DNA of 42,344 nt from a virus (Duplodnaviria; Caudoviricetes), in IMG/VR virus record IMGVR_UViG_3300050150_000027, positions 1 through 42,344 of that record. One strand, 5' to 3'. The position numbers were made by a program, and so were the translations under genes. The notes under the pieces are model-generated. The model worked only from the letters and a program-made list of their open reading frames with translations, was not told the DNA's origin and did no database searches. Shown here one piece after another: positions 1-8,581 of this stretch (positions are counted from its first letter, which is position 1; every line of letters starts with the position of its first letter).

Positions 1-152
1 AAATCGAGTTCGGCGAAAACGGCACCTTCGGCTGGTACTCGGGGTACGATACCCTGAATATCTCGCCGCAGGAAGTCTTCTCGGCGGCTGAGTACGACTG
101 GAAGCAGTGCGCTGTCGCGGTGTCCATTTCGGGCCTCGAACAGCTCATGAAC
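1..152 (+). repeat. Terminal overlap, copy 1 (assembly circularisation)
   Basis: Identical to 42193-42344 except C26 versus T42218. Confidence 0.95.
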
Positions 153-818
153 AGCGGTGAAGAACAGTTCATCGACCTGCTCGAAAGCCGTATCTCGAAC
201 GCCGAACGCACCATGAAGAACCAGATGGGCGCAGCCGTGTACGGCGATGGTACTGCCGCAGCCGGCAAGGCCGTTGGCGGTATGGCGCTGCTCATTGCCG
301 ATACTGCCAGCACCGGCACCGTCGGCAATATCAACCGTGCAAACTGGTCGTTCTGGCGCAACCAGTCGTTCTCGGGCCTGACGGACTTCGGCGCTGCCGT
401 TTCCACGGCGAACATCAACTCGTACATGATGCGTACCTGGCTGACGATCGTTCGCGGCAACGAGAAGCCCGACATTATCATGGCCGACAACAACTACTAC
501 CGGCTGTACATGGAAAGTCTGCAACCGCAGCAGCGTTTCATGTCCGAGAAGATGGCGCAGGCGGGCTTTGAAAGCCTCAAGTTCCAGTCGGCGGACGTGG
601 TATTCGACGGCGGTATCGGCGGCGGCTGCCCGGCCAACCACATGTACTTCCTCAATACCGACTATATCTACCTCCGGCACCATCCGAAGCGTCGATACGT
701 CGCGCTGGGCGAGAAGCAGCGGTTCAGTACGAACCAAGACGCGATGGTGCAGCTTATGGGCTGGGCCGGCAACATGACCCTTTCGGGTTCCATGATGCAG
801 GGCGTTCTCCGCGCCTAA
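1..818 (+). CDS. Major capsid protein, 3' part (gene starts at 42036; about 324 aa in total)
   Basis: In-frame continuation of MAVPNLSEIVTTTIENRS...; follows the scaffold gene; strong codon bias; resembles podovirus-type major capsid proteins. Confidence 0.85.
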   Translation, partial: IEFGENGTFGWYSGYDTLNISPQEVFSAAEYDWKQCAVAVSISGLEQLMNSGEEQFIDLLESRISNAERTMKNQMGAAVYGDGTAAAGKAVGGMALLIADTASTGTVGNINRANWSFWRNQSFSGLTDFGAAVSTANINSYMMRTWLTIVRGNEKPDIIMADNNYYRLYMESLQPQQRFMSEKMAQAGFESLKFQSADVVFDGGIGGGCPANHMYFLNTDYIYLRHHPKRRYVALGEKQRFSTNQDAMVQLMGWAGNMTLSGSMMQGVLRA

Positions 819-825
819 TCGCAAA

Positions 826-850
826 TACGGGGGCCTTTAAAGCCCCCGTA
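826..850 (+). terminator. Stem-loop after the capsid gene with CTTTAAA in the loop
   Basis: TACGGGGGC-ctttaaa-GCCCCCGTA, a perfect 9-bp stem. No U-tract, so it may be a stabilising or processing hairpin. Confidence 0.5.
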
Positions 851-879
851 CCCTCCCACTCCAAGTTGGAGTAAATACT

Positions 880-1389
880 ATGGTTTGGAAGACTGGGGCT
901 AACTCGCCCATGGGGATTTCCGCCCCGACCGGTACCGCTGACACGGTGCAGGTCAATGCGGTTGGCACTATCGCCAAGTTCTACGATGACGCGTTCGGCG
1001 AAGGTGAATTTATCTACCTCCCCGGCGTGGCTTCGTGCGCTGCTGGCGATGCCGTTCTGTACGACTTGTTGCCGTCCGGCCCGACTACGCTCCGCCACAG
1101 CAACGCCACCGGCTCGAATACTGGCCGTCCTGTCGCTTTCGCGCTCGGTGCCACCGTTGCGGGGCAGTGGGGCTGGTTCCAGGTTAGCGGTGTCGCCATT
1201 GTTAGCGCCGTTGCCGGTACTGTCGCCGGTGTTATGATGGCATCGGCTACCGCCGGTTCGGTCGGCAATACCGCCGATGCGGGCGACCAAATCCTGAACG
1301 CACGTATCTCGTCGGCTGTCGGTACTCCGGCTGCGAACAAGTCGTACGCGACGATCAATCGTCCGTTCGTGCAGGGACAGATTACCTAA
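880..1389 (+). CDS. Putative capsid decoration / minor head protein
   Basis: 169 aa, Ala/Gly-rich and beta-type, directly after the capsid gene, with a GGAG RBS. Confidence 0.55.
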   Translation: MVWKTGANSPMGISAPTGTADTVQVNAVGTIAKFYDDAFGEGEFIYLPGVASCAAGDAVLYDLLPSGPTTLRHSNATGSNTGRPVAFALGATVAGQWGWFQVSGVAIVSAVAGTVAGVMMASATAGSVGNTADAGDQILNARISSAVGTPAANKSYATINRPFVQGQIT

Positions 1390-1408
1390 TCCCTCCCGTG
1401 GGTAAACT

Positions 1409-1440
1409 TGGCGGGGTGCTTCGGTGCCCCGCCATTCTTT
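1409..1440 (+). terminator. Intrinsic terminator
   Basis: TGGCGGGGTGC-TTCG-GTGCCCCGCCA followed by TTCTTT. Confidence 0.75.
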
Positions 1441-1460
1441 AAAGAAAGCGAGAACCGTCG

Positions 1461-2144
1461 ATGGACAACGACCCTCAGTACCGGACCAACGACGGTTCGG
1501 CCCTCCGTATCTGGCGCGATACGGTCAAGAACAACTTCCTTTCGGAACGCGAAGGACGCCCGATCTTTGACGACGCGATTTTCGTCGAAGTGATTTCGCC
1601 GGGTTCGCGCGGCAGTACTCCGGTATTCGAGGTGAAGCGCAAGTTCGCCCCGGAAATGGCCCGTATGGAGCCGCTGCTTGGTATGCAGTACGAGCAGTTC
1701 AAGGAGTTCATCAAGGACTTCGAGAAGAACGAGGAAGCCGACGCTACCCTCACGGGTACGCCGCTCAAGGAATGGCCGGAAATCAGCCGTACCATGGCTG
1801 CGGCGCTGCGGGCCTCCAACGTGTTCTCGGTCGATGCGCTCGCCGAACTTCCCGACGAAAAGCTGTCGCTGGTCGGCCCGGATGGCCGTACGTGGCGCGA
1901 GAAGGCCAAGGCGTTCATCGCTGCCGCCAAGGATGGTTCGTTCGCTACGAAGCTGGCGGCGGACCTCGAAACCGCCAATACTGCGATCCAAGACCTCAAG
2001 GATCAGGTCGCGCAGATGGCAGCGCAGAACGCCGTACTCCAGCAGCAGATTGCGGGTAACGTACCCGCTCCCGAGACTGTCGCGGCCCCCGCTCCGGCGG
2101 CCAAGACGGGCAAGGCCGCAGCGCCGATTGCGGATATTGTCTGA
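1461..2144 (+). CDS. Conserved phage head-cluster hypothetical protein
   Basis: 227 aa with EGRPIF and GTPLKEWP...SVDALAEL motifs and a C-terminal coiled coil. Confidence 0.7.
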   Translation: MDNDPQYRTNDGSALRIWRDTVKNNFLSEREGRPIFDDAIFVEVISPGSRGSTPVFEVKRKFAPEMARMEPLLGMQYEQFKEFIKDFEKNEEADATLTGTPLKEWPEISRTMAAALRASNVFSVDALAELPDEKLSLVGPDGRTWREKAKAFIAAAKDGSFATKLAADLETANTAIQDLKDQVAQMAAQNAVLQQQIAGNVPAPETVAAPAPAAKTGKAAAPIADIV

Positions 2145-2168
2145 TACTTGACAACGAGGAAGCCCGAT

Positions 2169-2882
2169 ATGTCTCTAATGTCTGTTTGCAAAGATGTTGC
2201 GGACACTGTTGGGCTTCCCCGTCCTAGCGCAGTCGCGGCGAGTACGGACTCTCTTTCGCGCTCCATGTTCGCGTTCTGCAACGAAATACTTGAGGACTTG
2301 ACGCGCCTAGAATGGCCGTCGCTTACTCGGGACTATAGCTTCAATACGGTGGTCGATCAAGAGCAGTACGCTCTTCCCGCCGATTGGAAGTACCAAGTCA
2401 CCGATAGCCTATATTCAGCTTCGCAGTACTACTCCCTTCGCGGCTCAATGTCCGCAGGGGACTGGATGCGAAGCCGTAACGCCTTGCCATCGCAGATCGG
2501 CAGGTACCGTTTCCGTATGTACGGGTATCCTTTAAAGATTAGCATTACGCCCGCGCCGAAAGACGTTCAGACTCTCGTTTGCGAGTATGTCACAAGCAGC
2601 AGGGTGGCGTCCGCAGACGGGCTTACTTTAAAGCCGTTGTACGTCTCTGACGATGATGTGGCGCTTATCCCCGAAGAACTCGTACGTAAGGGCCTACGCT
2701 GGAAGCTTAAAGCGCAGCGTGGTTTCGAGTACAACGAGGACTACAACGATTACGAAATGAACAAGCGGATACTTCTCGCGCAGCAACTAGGGTACGGCTC
2801 GATCCCTGTTGCGTTGCGCTCGGGCGTAGATATACCCGAAGTAGCTGACGGCTTCGTACCCGAACAAGGGTTTGGTGCGTAA
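2169..2882 (+). CDS. Putative head-tail adaptor (tail tubular protein A-like)
   Basis: ATG at 2169 with a GAGGA RBS; YALPADWK motif; position and size typical of adaptors. Confidence 0.6.
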   Translation: MSLMSVCKDVADTVGLPRPSAVAASTDSLSRSMFAFCNEILEDLTRLEWPSLTRDYSFNTVVDQEQYALPADWKYQVTDSLYSASQYYSLRGSMSAGDWMRSRNALPSQIGRYRFRMYGYPLKISITPAPKDVQTLVCEYVTSSRVASADGLTLKPLYVSDDDVALIPEELVRKGLRWKLKAQRGFEYNEDYNDYEMNKRILLAQQLGYGSIPVALRSGVDIPEVADGFVPEQGFGA

Positions 2883-4453
2883 TGGCGCTCCGTAGACCCA
2901 ATCGCGGCAGGCGCTCCAAGCCCGTAACGCTACCGGCCCCGATAGGTGGCCTCAACGGTCGGGACGGCTTAGCGGATATGCCCGCTACCGACGCGTTTGT
3001 GATGGACAACTGGTACCCGTACAATACTACGGTGGATACCCGGAACGGGTGCCAGAACCACGTAACTGGCGCAGCGGCGGCTGTCGAGAGCCTTGCGGTG
3101 TACGCTGGCGGCGCAAGCAGCAAGATGCTGGGCTTTTCCAACGGTTCCGTATATAACGTGTCGTCGGCGGGCGCTATTGGCGCAGCAATAGTATCCGGGA
3201 AAACGTCGAACAAGATTACTTCGACAATGTTCTCAAACGCCGGATCGCAGTTCCTTATTGGGCTTACGGCAGCGGATGCACCGTTCTCCTATGATGGAGT
3301 TTCGTATACCGCTCTAGCGATAACGGGGCTTACGGGGTCGCAGAACACACTGCATTGCGTGCATAGCTTTAAAGGCCGTCTCTACTTTGCGCAGAAAGAC
3401 CAGCTTGGGTTTTACTACCTTGCGGTAGGCGCTATTCAAGGTGCGGCTTCATACTTCGATCTTGCGCAGCAGGCCAAGGCTGGCGGCTACCTTACTGGTA
3501 TTGCGTCGTTCTCGTCGCAGGGTACGGAAGGTACCGGCCCGAACGACTATATCGTATTTATGACAAGTGAGGGTGAATACCTCCTGTACGCCGGTACGGA
3601 CCCCGCAAGCGCGGCTACATTTCAGCTTGTCGGCAGGTACTACGGTCCACCGCCAATTGGCCGTAAGGGGTGGTTCAACTACCGCTCCGACCTGTATATT
3701 ATCAGCGCAGAGGGTATTATCTCCTTCACGCAGATACGGGAGGCTGGGCAGGAAGGCGTAGATACTAAGTATCTGTCGCAAAAGCTGGGCAAGGCATGGA
3801 CCGCCCTAACGCCAAACAGCACAACGCATGGCTGGGCGGCGGTACTGTACCCGCGTTCTGGTATGCTCGTGGTGAATGCCCCTGCGACCAGTTCGCCAGC
3901 AGGCGCATACTACCAGTTTGTAATGAATACTAGCACAAACTCGTGGGCGCGCTTCGTGGGCTGGGATGGCCTGTGCTGGTGCGTCTTTAACGGTCGCCTC
4001 TACTATGGAACGTATGATGGTCGTGTAGTTCTCGCTGACGAGGGTACTATCGACATTACGACGGAAATCAAGTGCGATTGCCGCCAAGCATACAACTACT
4101 TCGATGACGGCAACGGTATGGGGGACGCGGACAAGCATTTCCACTTCGCTACTTTTGTCGTGCAGGCAGATGGCACGCCGCCCATAGCAGCAGAACTTTG
4201 CGTTAACTTCGAGGACGACCAGCCCGACTATGCGGGGTCGCTTACCGCCGTAGTCGGCGCATTGTGGGACGTTGCTACGTGGGACGTAGACTTTTGGGCG
4301 GGTGACGCTATCACGCAAAACTTTACGGTTACGTTTGGCAAGATCGGTTATACTGCGTCTATATGGCTGCGCACTACGGTACGCTCCGCTCCGATCAAAT
4401 GGTTCGCCACACGTATTCTTCTTGAAAGAGGGCAAGGAGTAGTACTATTATGA
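2882..4453 (+). CDS. Putative tail nozzle / DNA stabilisation protein (P22 gp10 / T7 gp12-like)
   Basis: 523 aa beta-rich protein with N-terminal APIGGLN...MDNWYP; follows the adaptor with a TAATG overlap. Confidence 0.65.
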   Translation: MALRRPNRGRRSKPVTLPAPIGGLNGRDGLADMPATDAFVMDNWYPYNTTVDTRNGCQNHVTGAAAAVESLAVYAGGASSKMLGFSNGSVYNVSSAGAIGAAIVSGKTSNKITSTMFSNAGSQFLIGLTAADAPFSYDGVSYTALAITGLTGSQNTLHCVHSFKGRLYFAQKDQLGFYYLAVGAIQGAASYFDLAQQAKAGGYLTGIASFSSQGTEGTGPNDYIVFMTSEGEYLLYAGTDPASAATFQLVGRYYGPPPIGRKGWFNYRSDLYIISAEGIISFTQIREAGQEGVDTKYLSQKLGKAWTALTPNSTTHGWAAVLYPRSGMLVVNAPATSSPAGAYYQFVMNTSTNSWARFVGWDGLCWCVFNGRLYYGTYDGRVVLADEGTIDITTEIKCDCRQAYNYFDDGNGMGDADKHFHFATFVVQADGTPPIAAELCVNFEDDQPDYAGSLTAVVGALWDVATWDVDFWAGDAITQNFTVTFGKIGYTASIWLRTTVRSAPIKWFATRILLERGQGVVLL

Positions 4454-4875
4454 GAGCAATACCTGCGGGAAAGCATATCGGCCTTGCGTGCAAATATATT
4501 TCGGAGAAAACCGGGATCGAGGTTGATCCAACGTTTACGCAAGGTCTTATCGTTGTGGACAGCGGCGGGAACTTTGCTGGCGCGTTTCTAATCAACATGT
4601 ATCGTGGCTTCGACTGCTACGTATCGTGCGCATCGGAAACGCCTATGGCTTGGCGTCCGCACGTTCGCCGTGCAATTGCGGACTACGTATTCGGGCAGCT
4701 AGGTTGCGTGCGTGCTACTGCGGTAGTACGAAAGAACAACAGAACAGTTCGGAAAGTTCTTGAGCATTTGGGCTTCGTTCAAGAGGGCCGCTTGCGAAGA
4801 GGATATGATGGCGTTAAAGATGCCTTGATATACGGCATTTTGGCCGGGGACTGTGACGACTTTACAGCCACTTAG
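4450..4875 (+). CDS. GNAT-fold acetyltransferase-like tail-cluster protein
   Basis: NNRTVRKVLEHLGFVQEGRLR motif; usual position between nozzle and ejection proteins. Confidence 0.7.
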   Translation: MRAIPAGKHIGLACKYISEKTGIEVDPTFTQGLIVVDSGGNFAGAFLINMYRGFDCYVSCASETPMAWRPHVRRAIADYVFGQLGCVRATAVVRKNNRTVRKVLEHLGFVQEGRLRRGYDGVKDALIYGILAGDCDDFTAT

Positions 4876-4883
4876 GGGGTCCA

Positions 4884-6548
4884 ATGGGTTCTAGTCCCAA
4901 GCAGCCTGCGGCACCTGATCCAGCAGCTACCGCAGCCGCTCAAACTACGATGAATAAGGACTCTGCGATTGCGCAGGCGAACCTTAATCGTATCAACCAA
5001 TACTCGCCTACAGGCTCTATCGAATATACTCAGGAGGGCGTCAATAGCGACGGTACTCCCAAGTATTCGGTTAAGTCTTCGCTAAGCCCGACTGAGCAGG
5101 CCAAGTACGACGCTTCGAGCCAGTCGGAACTTGGACTGTACAATCTTGCGAATAGCATGACCGGGCAGGTGCAGGACGCCACCGGTAAGGCAATGTCGTT
5201 CGACGGCATGACGCCCTTTAAAGGCAGCGTCGATGCTAAGCCGATTTCGTACGGGTCGGGTGCAAACCCGGTGCAGTCCGGTATCGGCGATGTGGGGCAG
5301 GTCGGGAACTTTAGCAGCAATGCTGGTCCGGTGCAGTCGCAAGTCGCTGGTGCGGGTGGCCAGAAGTACATGCCGTTTGGTATTACCAACGGAGTACAGT
5401 CGAGCCTTGACTACTCGAAGCTGAATAGCCTGCCTACCGACTACAACAAGGCATCGGCTGACGCCTCGAATGCCGTGTACTCGCAGGCTACGTCGCGCCT
5501 CGATCCGCAGTTTCAGCAGGGCGAAGGCGATATTCGCGCCCGTCTGGCAGCGCAGGGTATCTCCGAGAACTCGGACGCGTACCGGCGCGAAATGGACAAT
5601 TTTGGCCGTAGCAAAACGGATGCGTACAACCAAGCGAACTACTCGGCTATTCAGGCCGGGCAAGCAGCGGAAGCGCAGGCGTACGGGCAAGCACTATCGT
5701 CGCGTCAGCAGGGGCAGAACGAGGTAGATACCCAAGGGCAGTTTGCGAATACGGCACAGGGGCAACTGTACAGTCAGATCGCAAATCTGTTCAGCCAGAA
5801 CAACAATGCGCAGAACCAGAACTTCTCGCAACAGCTTAGTGCCGCGAACTTCGGGAACACGGCGCAACAGCAAAAGTTCGGGCAGGACGCGCAATCGTAC
5901 CAGCTTGACGCGGCGGGCCAGCAGCAACGGTTCGGGCAGGCTACGTCTCTGGCGGACTTGTTCAACAACGCGCAGAACCAGCAGTACACGCAGAACATGT
6001 CCACGGACGCGTTCAACAATACTGCGCAACAGCAGGACTTTGCGCAACAGTCGCAGAACGCGGCGCTCACGAATGCGCAACGTCAGCAGCAGATTAGCGA
6101 GGCTTCGTACTTGCGGGAACTGCCAATCAACGAAGTTGCGGCCCTTCTCGGTACGGGTGGCGTACAGGGTCCAACGGCCATCGACACTCCACAGGTCGGC
6201 GTGGCGGCACCGGACTACATGGGTGCGGTCAACAACACGTACAACGCTCAGATGGGCGCGTACAACCAAGCGCAGCAAGCCAAGGGCGGTATGTTCGGTA
6301 GTATCTTTGGCGCTCTCGGTTCGCTAGGTGGCGCGGCGGTACTCGCATCGGATATTCGCCTCAAGCGCGATATTCGCCGGGTTGGCACGCTTGCCAACGG
6401 TATTGCGATGTATGCCTTTAAATACATCGGGAATACCGCTCAGCGGTTCGGTGCTATGGCACAGGAAGTCTTTAAAGTTCGTCCCGACGCGGTTCGCCTC
6501 ATGGATAATGGGTACCTCGGCGTCGATTACTCGAAGGTGTACGCATGA
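4884..6548 (+). CDS. Internal virion / ejection protein with C-terminal S74-type intramolecular chaperone
   Basis: MGSSPKQPAAPDP N-terminus, Q/N-rich repeats, C-terminal SDIRLKRDI...GAMAQEV...VDYSKV. Confidence 0.7.
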   Translation: MGSSPKQPAAPDPAATAAAQTTMNKDSAIAQANLNRINQYSPTGSIEYTQEGVNSDGTPKYSVKSSLSPTEQAKYDASSQSELGLYNLANSMTGQVQDATGKAMSFDGMTPFKGSVDAKPISYGSGANPVQSGIGDVGQVGNFSSNAGPVQSQVAGAGGQKYMPFGITNGVQSSLDYSKLNSLPTDYNKASADASNAVYSQATSRLDPQFQQGEGDIRARLAAQGISENSDAYRREMDNFGRSKTDAYNQANYSAIQAGQAAEAQAYGQALSSRQQGQNEVDTQGQFANTAQGQLYSQIANLFSQNNNAQNQNFSQQLSAANFGNTAQQQKFGQDAQSYQLDAAGQQQRFGQATSLADLFNNAQNQQYTQNMSTDAFNNTAQQQDFAQQSQNAALTNAQRQQQISEASYLRELPINEVAALLGTGGVQGPTAIDTPQVGVAAPDYMGAVNNTYNAQMGAYNQAQQAKGGMFGSIFGALGSLGGAAVLASDIRLKRDIRRVGTLANGIAMYAFKYIGNTAQRFGAMAQEVFKVRPDAVRLMDNGYLGVDYSKVYA

Positions 6549-8581
6549 TTATCGTACCGGACCAGCAGAAGAAAAAGCCCCGTGCTATGATGCCCGCAAT
6601 CCCCGAGATTGCCAAGGCGTACCAGAACGATCCGGGCACTCAGCTTGCTATGCAGGCTATGCAGACCGGTTCCAGTACGGCGCCAGTGAGCGGCGAACAC
6701 GCGTGGGTCGAGGGTATCGCTCGCGCGCTGCAAGGCGTAGCCGGTGGGTATATGGCCAAAAAGCAGATGCAGAAGTACGGCGCAGACGAGGCCGATCTTG
6801 TTGCACTTCGCAAGGCGCGTGGGCAGGATATGCTCGGTCAAGGCCAGCAAGTACCGGGGGATATTTCGGTAAATCCGGCGGCTACGGGTAACGCGCCGGT
6901 ACCGGCGGCAAGCAACATTGCGTCCCTGTTCCAAGGGTCACAGGGAGCGCCTGCGGCGGGGCAGATGCCGCCCCCCGGTCAAACGCCCCCTATCGCGCCC
7001 GCGCCCCCCGGAATGCCCGCTGAGGCGGCTCCCATGGGGGCGGGAGGGCTGGCGCGGCGTTTGCCCCCTTTCTCTTTGGGGGGCGGTAACTCTGCCCCCA
7101 GCGCCCCCGCTGCCGCCCCGCTTACCTTTGTCGATCCGCTCGCGGGGAAGGGCATACCAAAGGACGGGTACGGACCGCGTAAAGCGCCTATCAAGGGTGC
7201 AAGTACTAACCACACGGGGCAGGATTATGCCGCTCCCGGTGGTACTCCCGTGGCTGCGTCCGCTGACGGCGTAGTCATTCGTGCGTGGAACGACCCTAAG
7301 GGCGGTAATTCCGTTCTTGTACGCCATCCAGATGGCAGCACTACTGGATACGCGCACCTTAACGGATACACTGTAAAGCGTGGCGATCAGGTTAAAGCAG
7401 GCCAGCCAATCGGCGCAGTAGGCGATACGGGCACCTCGACCGGGAACCACCTGCACTTTACGTACCGTGACGCGCAAGGCCGCAAGCTGGACCCGACTAA
7501 AGTACTTCGCTTTGGGCAGGTAAATTCTCCCGCTATGGACGGTACTGGCGCTCCCGTTGCTAACCGTACTGGCGCACCGGATACCATTGGTTTGCCTGAT
7601 CCCGTCGCTCGCCCCGAAGCGCCGGAAGCCGAAGCTGCTACGCAATCGCGTCTTTTAAAGGCAGCGGCACGTATGATGGCAGACGGCAATCGGTACGAAA
7701 GTGCTGGCGCTCAGGAAATGTACGGCAAGGGTCTTGAAGAACAGAGCAGTATGGATGAAAGTGCCGCTGCACGCCGGGAGCGTTTAAAGGACGCCGGATA
7801 TCAAGCCGACCTTGGGCAGTGGGGCGACAGTCAGAACGCTGCACGCGGGAACGCGTACCAAACCGTACAGGGGCGCATCAACAATGCGTACGCGACGGCT
7901 TTGCAGAATGATAGCCAAGCGGCCACCGCTGGGGAGAACGCTAAGAACCGCGCGTTTGAAGCGGAGCAGAACAAGCTTAACCGGCAGGCGCAGGAACGGC
8001 TAGTAGCCGCACAGATCGCGGGTAAGAAGGATACGGCGGCGGAAAAGGAAGCCGCCAAGTCGCAGCGTTTCATGCAAACACCTACCGGCTGGAAGGCCCA
8101 AAGTGAGTACGCTGCGGCTGCAAAGGTGTCGGACACGATGACGGGGCTTCTTGACCGCTTCCAAGAACTGAACGCGACGCAGAGTACAGGCGGGGTATGG
8201 AAGAACTACGCTCCCGAGGCATTGGCCACGCTGCGCAATGAAGCTTTGCAGGAAATGAACTCGATTAGTTCGCAGCTTGCGTTGCTCGCGGGTTCGGATA
8301 TGAAGGGTTCGTTCTCGGACGGCGATATTAAATTCTTGCAGAAGCAGGTACCTGGATACACGCGTCTTAAAGGCGCTAACGATGCTGTGGTGTCCACTTT
8401 CCGTAATGCTTCGCGTCGGCACGAAGATTTTGCCCGCTGGCAGTACCAGTATATGCAGGACGCCAAGCCGAACTTTCAGCAGGACTGGTCAAACTACAAG
8501 CGCGCGGTATCTATCCAGTCAAAGGACTACGTAACTTTTGAAGAGTATATGGGCCGCAAGATTATCGGGGGTAAGAAGTAA
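6545..8581 (+). CDS. Internal virion / ejection protein with M23 peptidoglycan endopeptidase domain
   Basis: HTGQD, YAHL and HLH M23 motifs between Pro/Ala-rich linkers. Confidence 0.8.
   Translation: MIIVPDQQKKKPRAMMPAIPEIAKAYQNDPGTQLAMQAMQTGSSTAPVSGEHAWVEGIARALQGVAGGYMAKKQMQKYGADEADLVALRKARGQDMLGQGQQVPGDISVNPAATGNAPVPAASNIASLFQGSQGAPAAGQMPPPGQTPPIAPAPPGMPAEAAPMGAGGLARRLPPFSLGGGNSAPSAPAAAPLTFVDPLAGKGIPKDGYGPRKAPIKGASTNHTGQDYAAPGGTPVAASADGVVIRAWNDPKGGNSVLVRHPDGSTTGYAHLNGYTVKRGDQVKAGQPIGAVGDTGTSTGNHLHFTYRDAQGRKLDPTKVLRFGQVNSPAMDGTGAPVANRTGAPDTIGLPDPVARPEAPEAEAATQSRLLKAAARMMADGNRYESAGAQEMYGKGLEEQSSMDESAAARRERLKDAGYQADLGQWGDSQNAARGNAYQTVQGRINNAYATALQNDSQAATAGENAKNRAFEAEQNKLNRQAQERLVAAQIAGKKDTAAEKEAAKSQRFMQTPTGWKAQSEYAAAAKVSDTMTGLLDRFQELNATQSTGGVWKNYAPEALATLRNEALQEMNSISSQLALLAGSDMKGSFSDGDIKFLQKQVPGYTRLKGANDAVVSTFRNASRRHEDFARWQYQYMQDAKPNFQQDWSNYKRAVSIQSKDYVTFEEYMGRKIIGGKK

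Noticed and set aside
1-152. Biological direct terminal repeat
   Set aside because: It falls mid-capsid gene and has the size and form of an assembly overlap.
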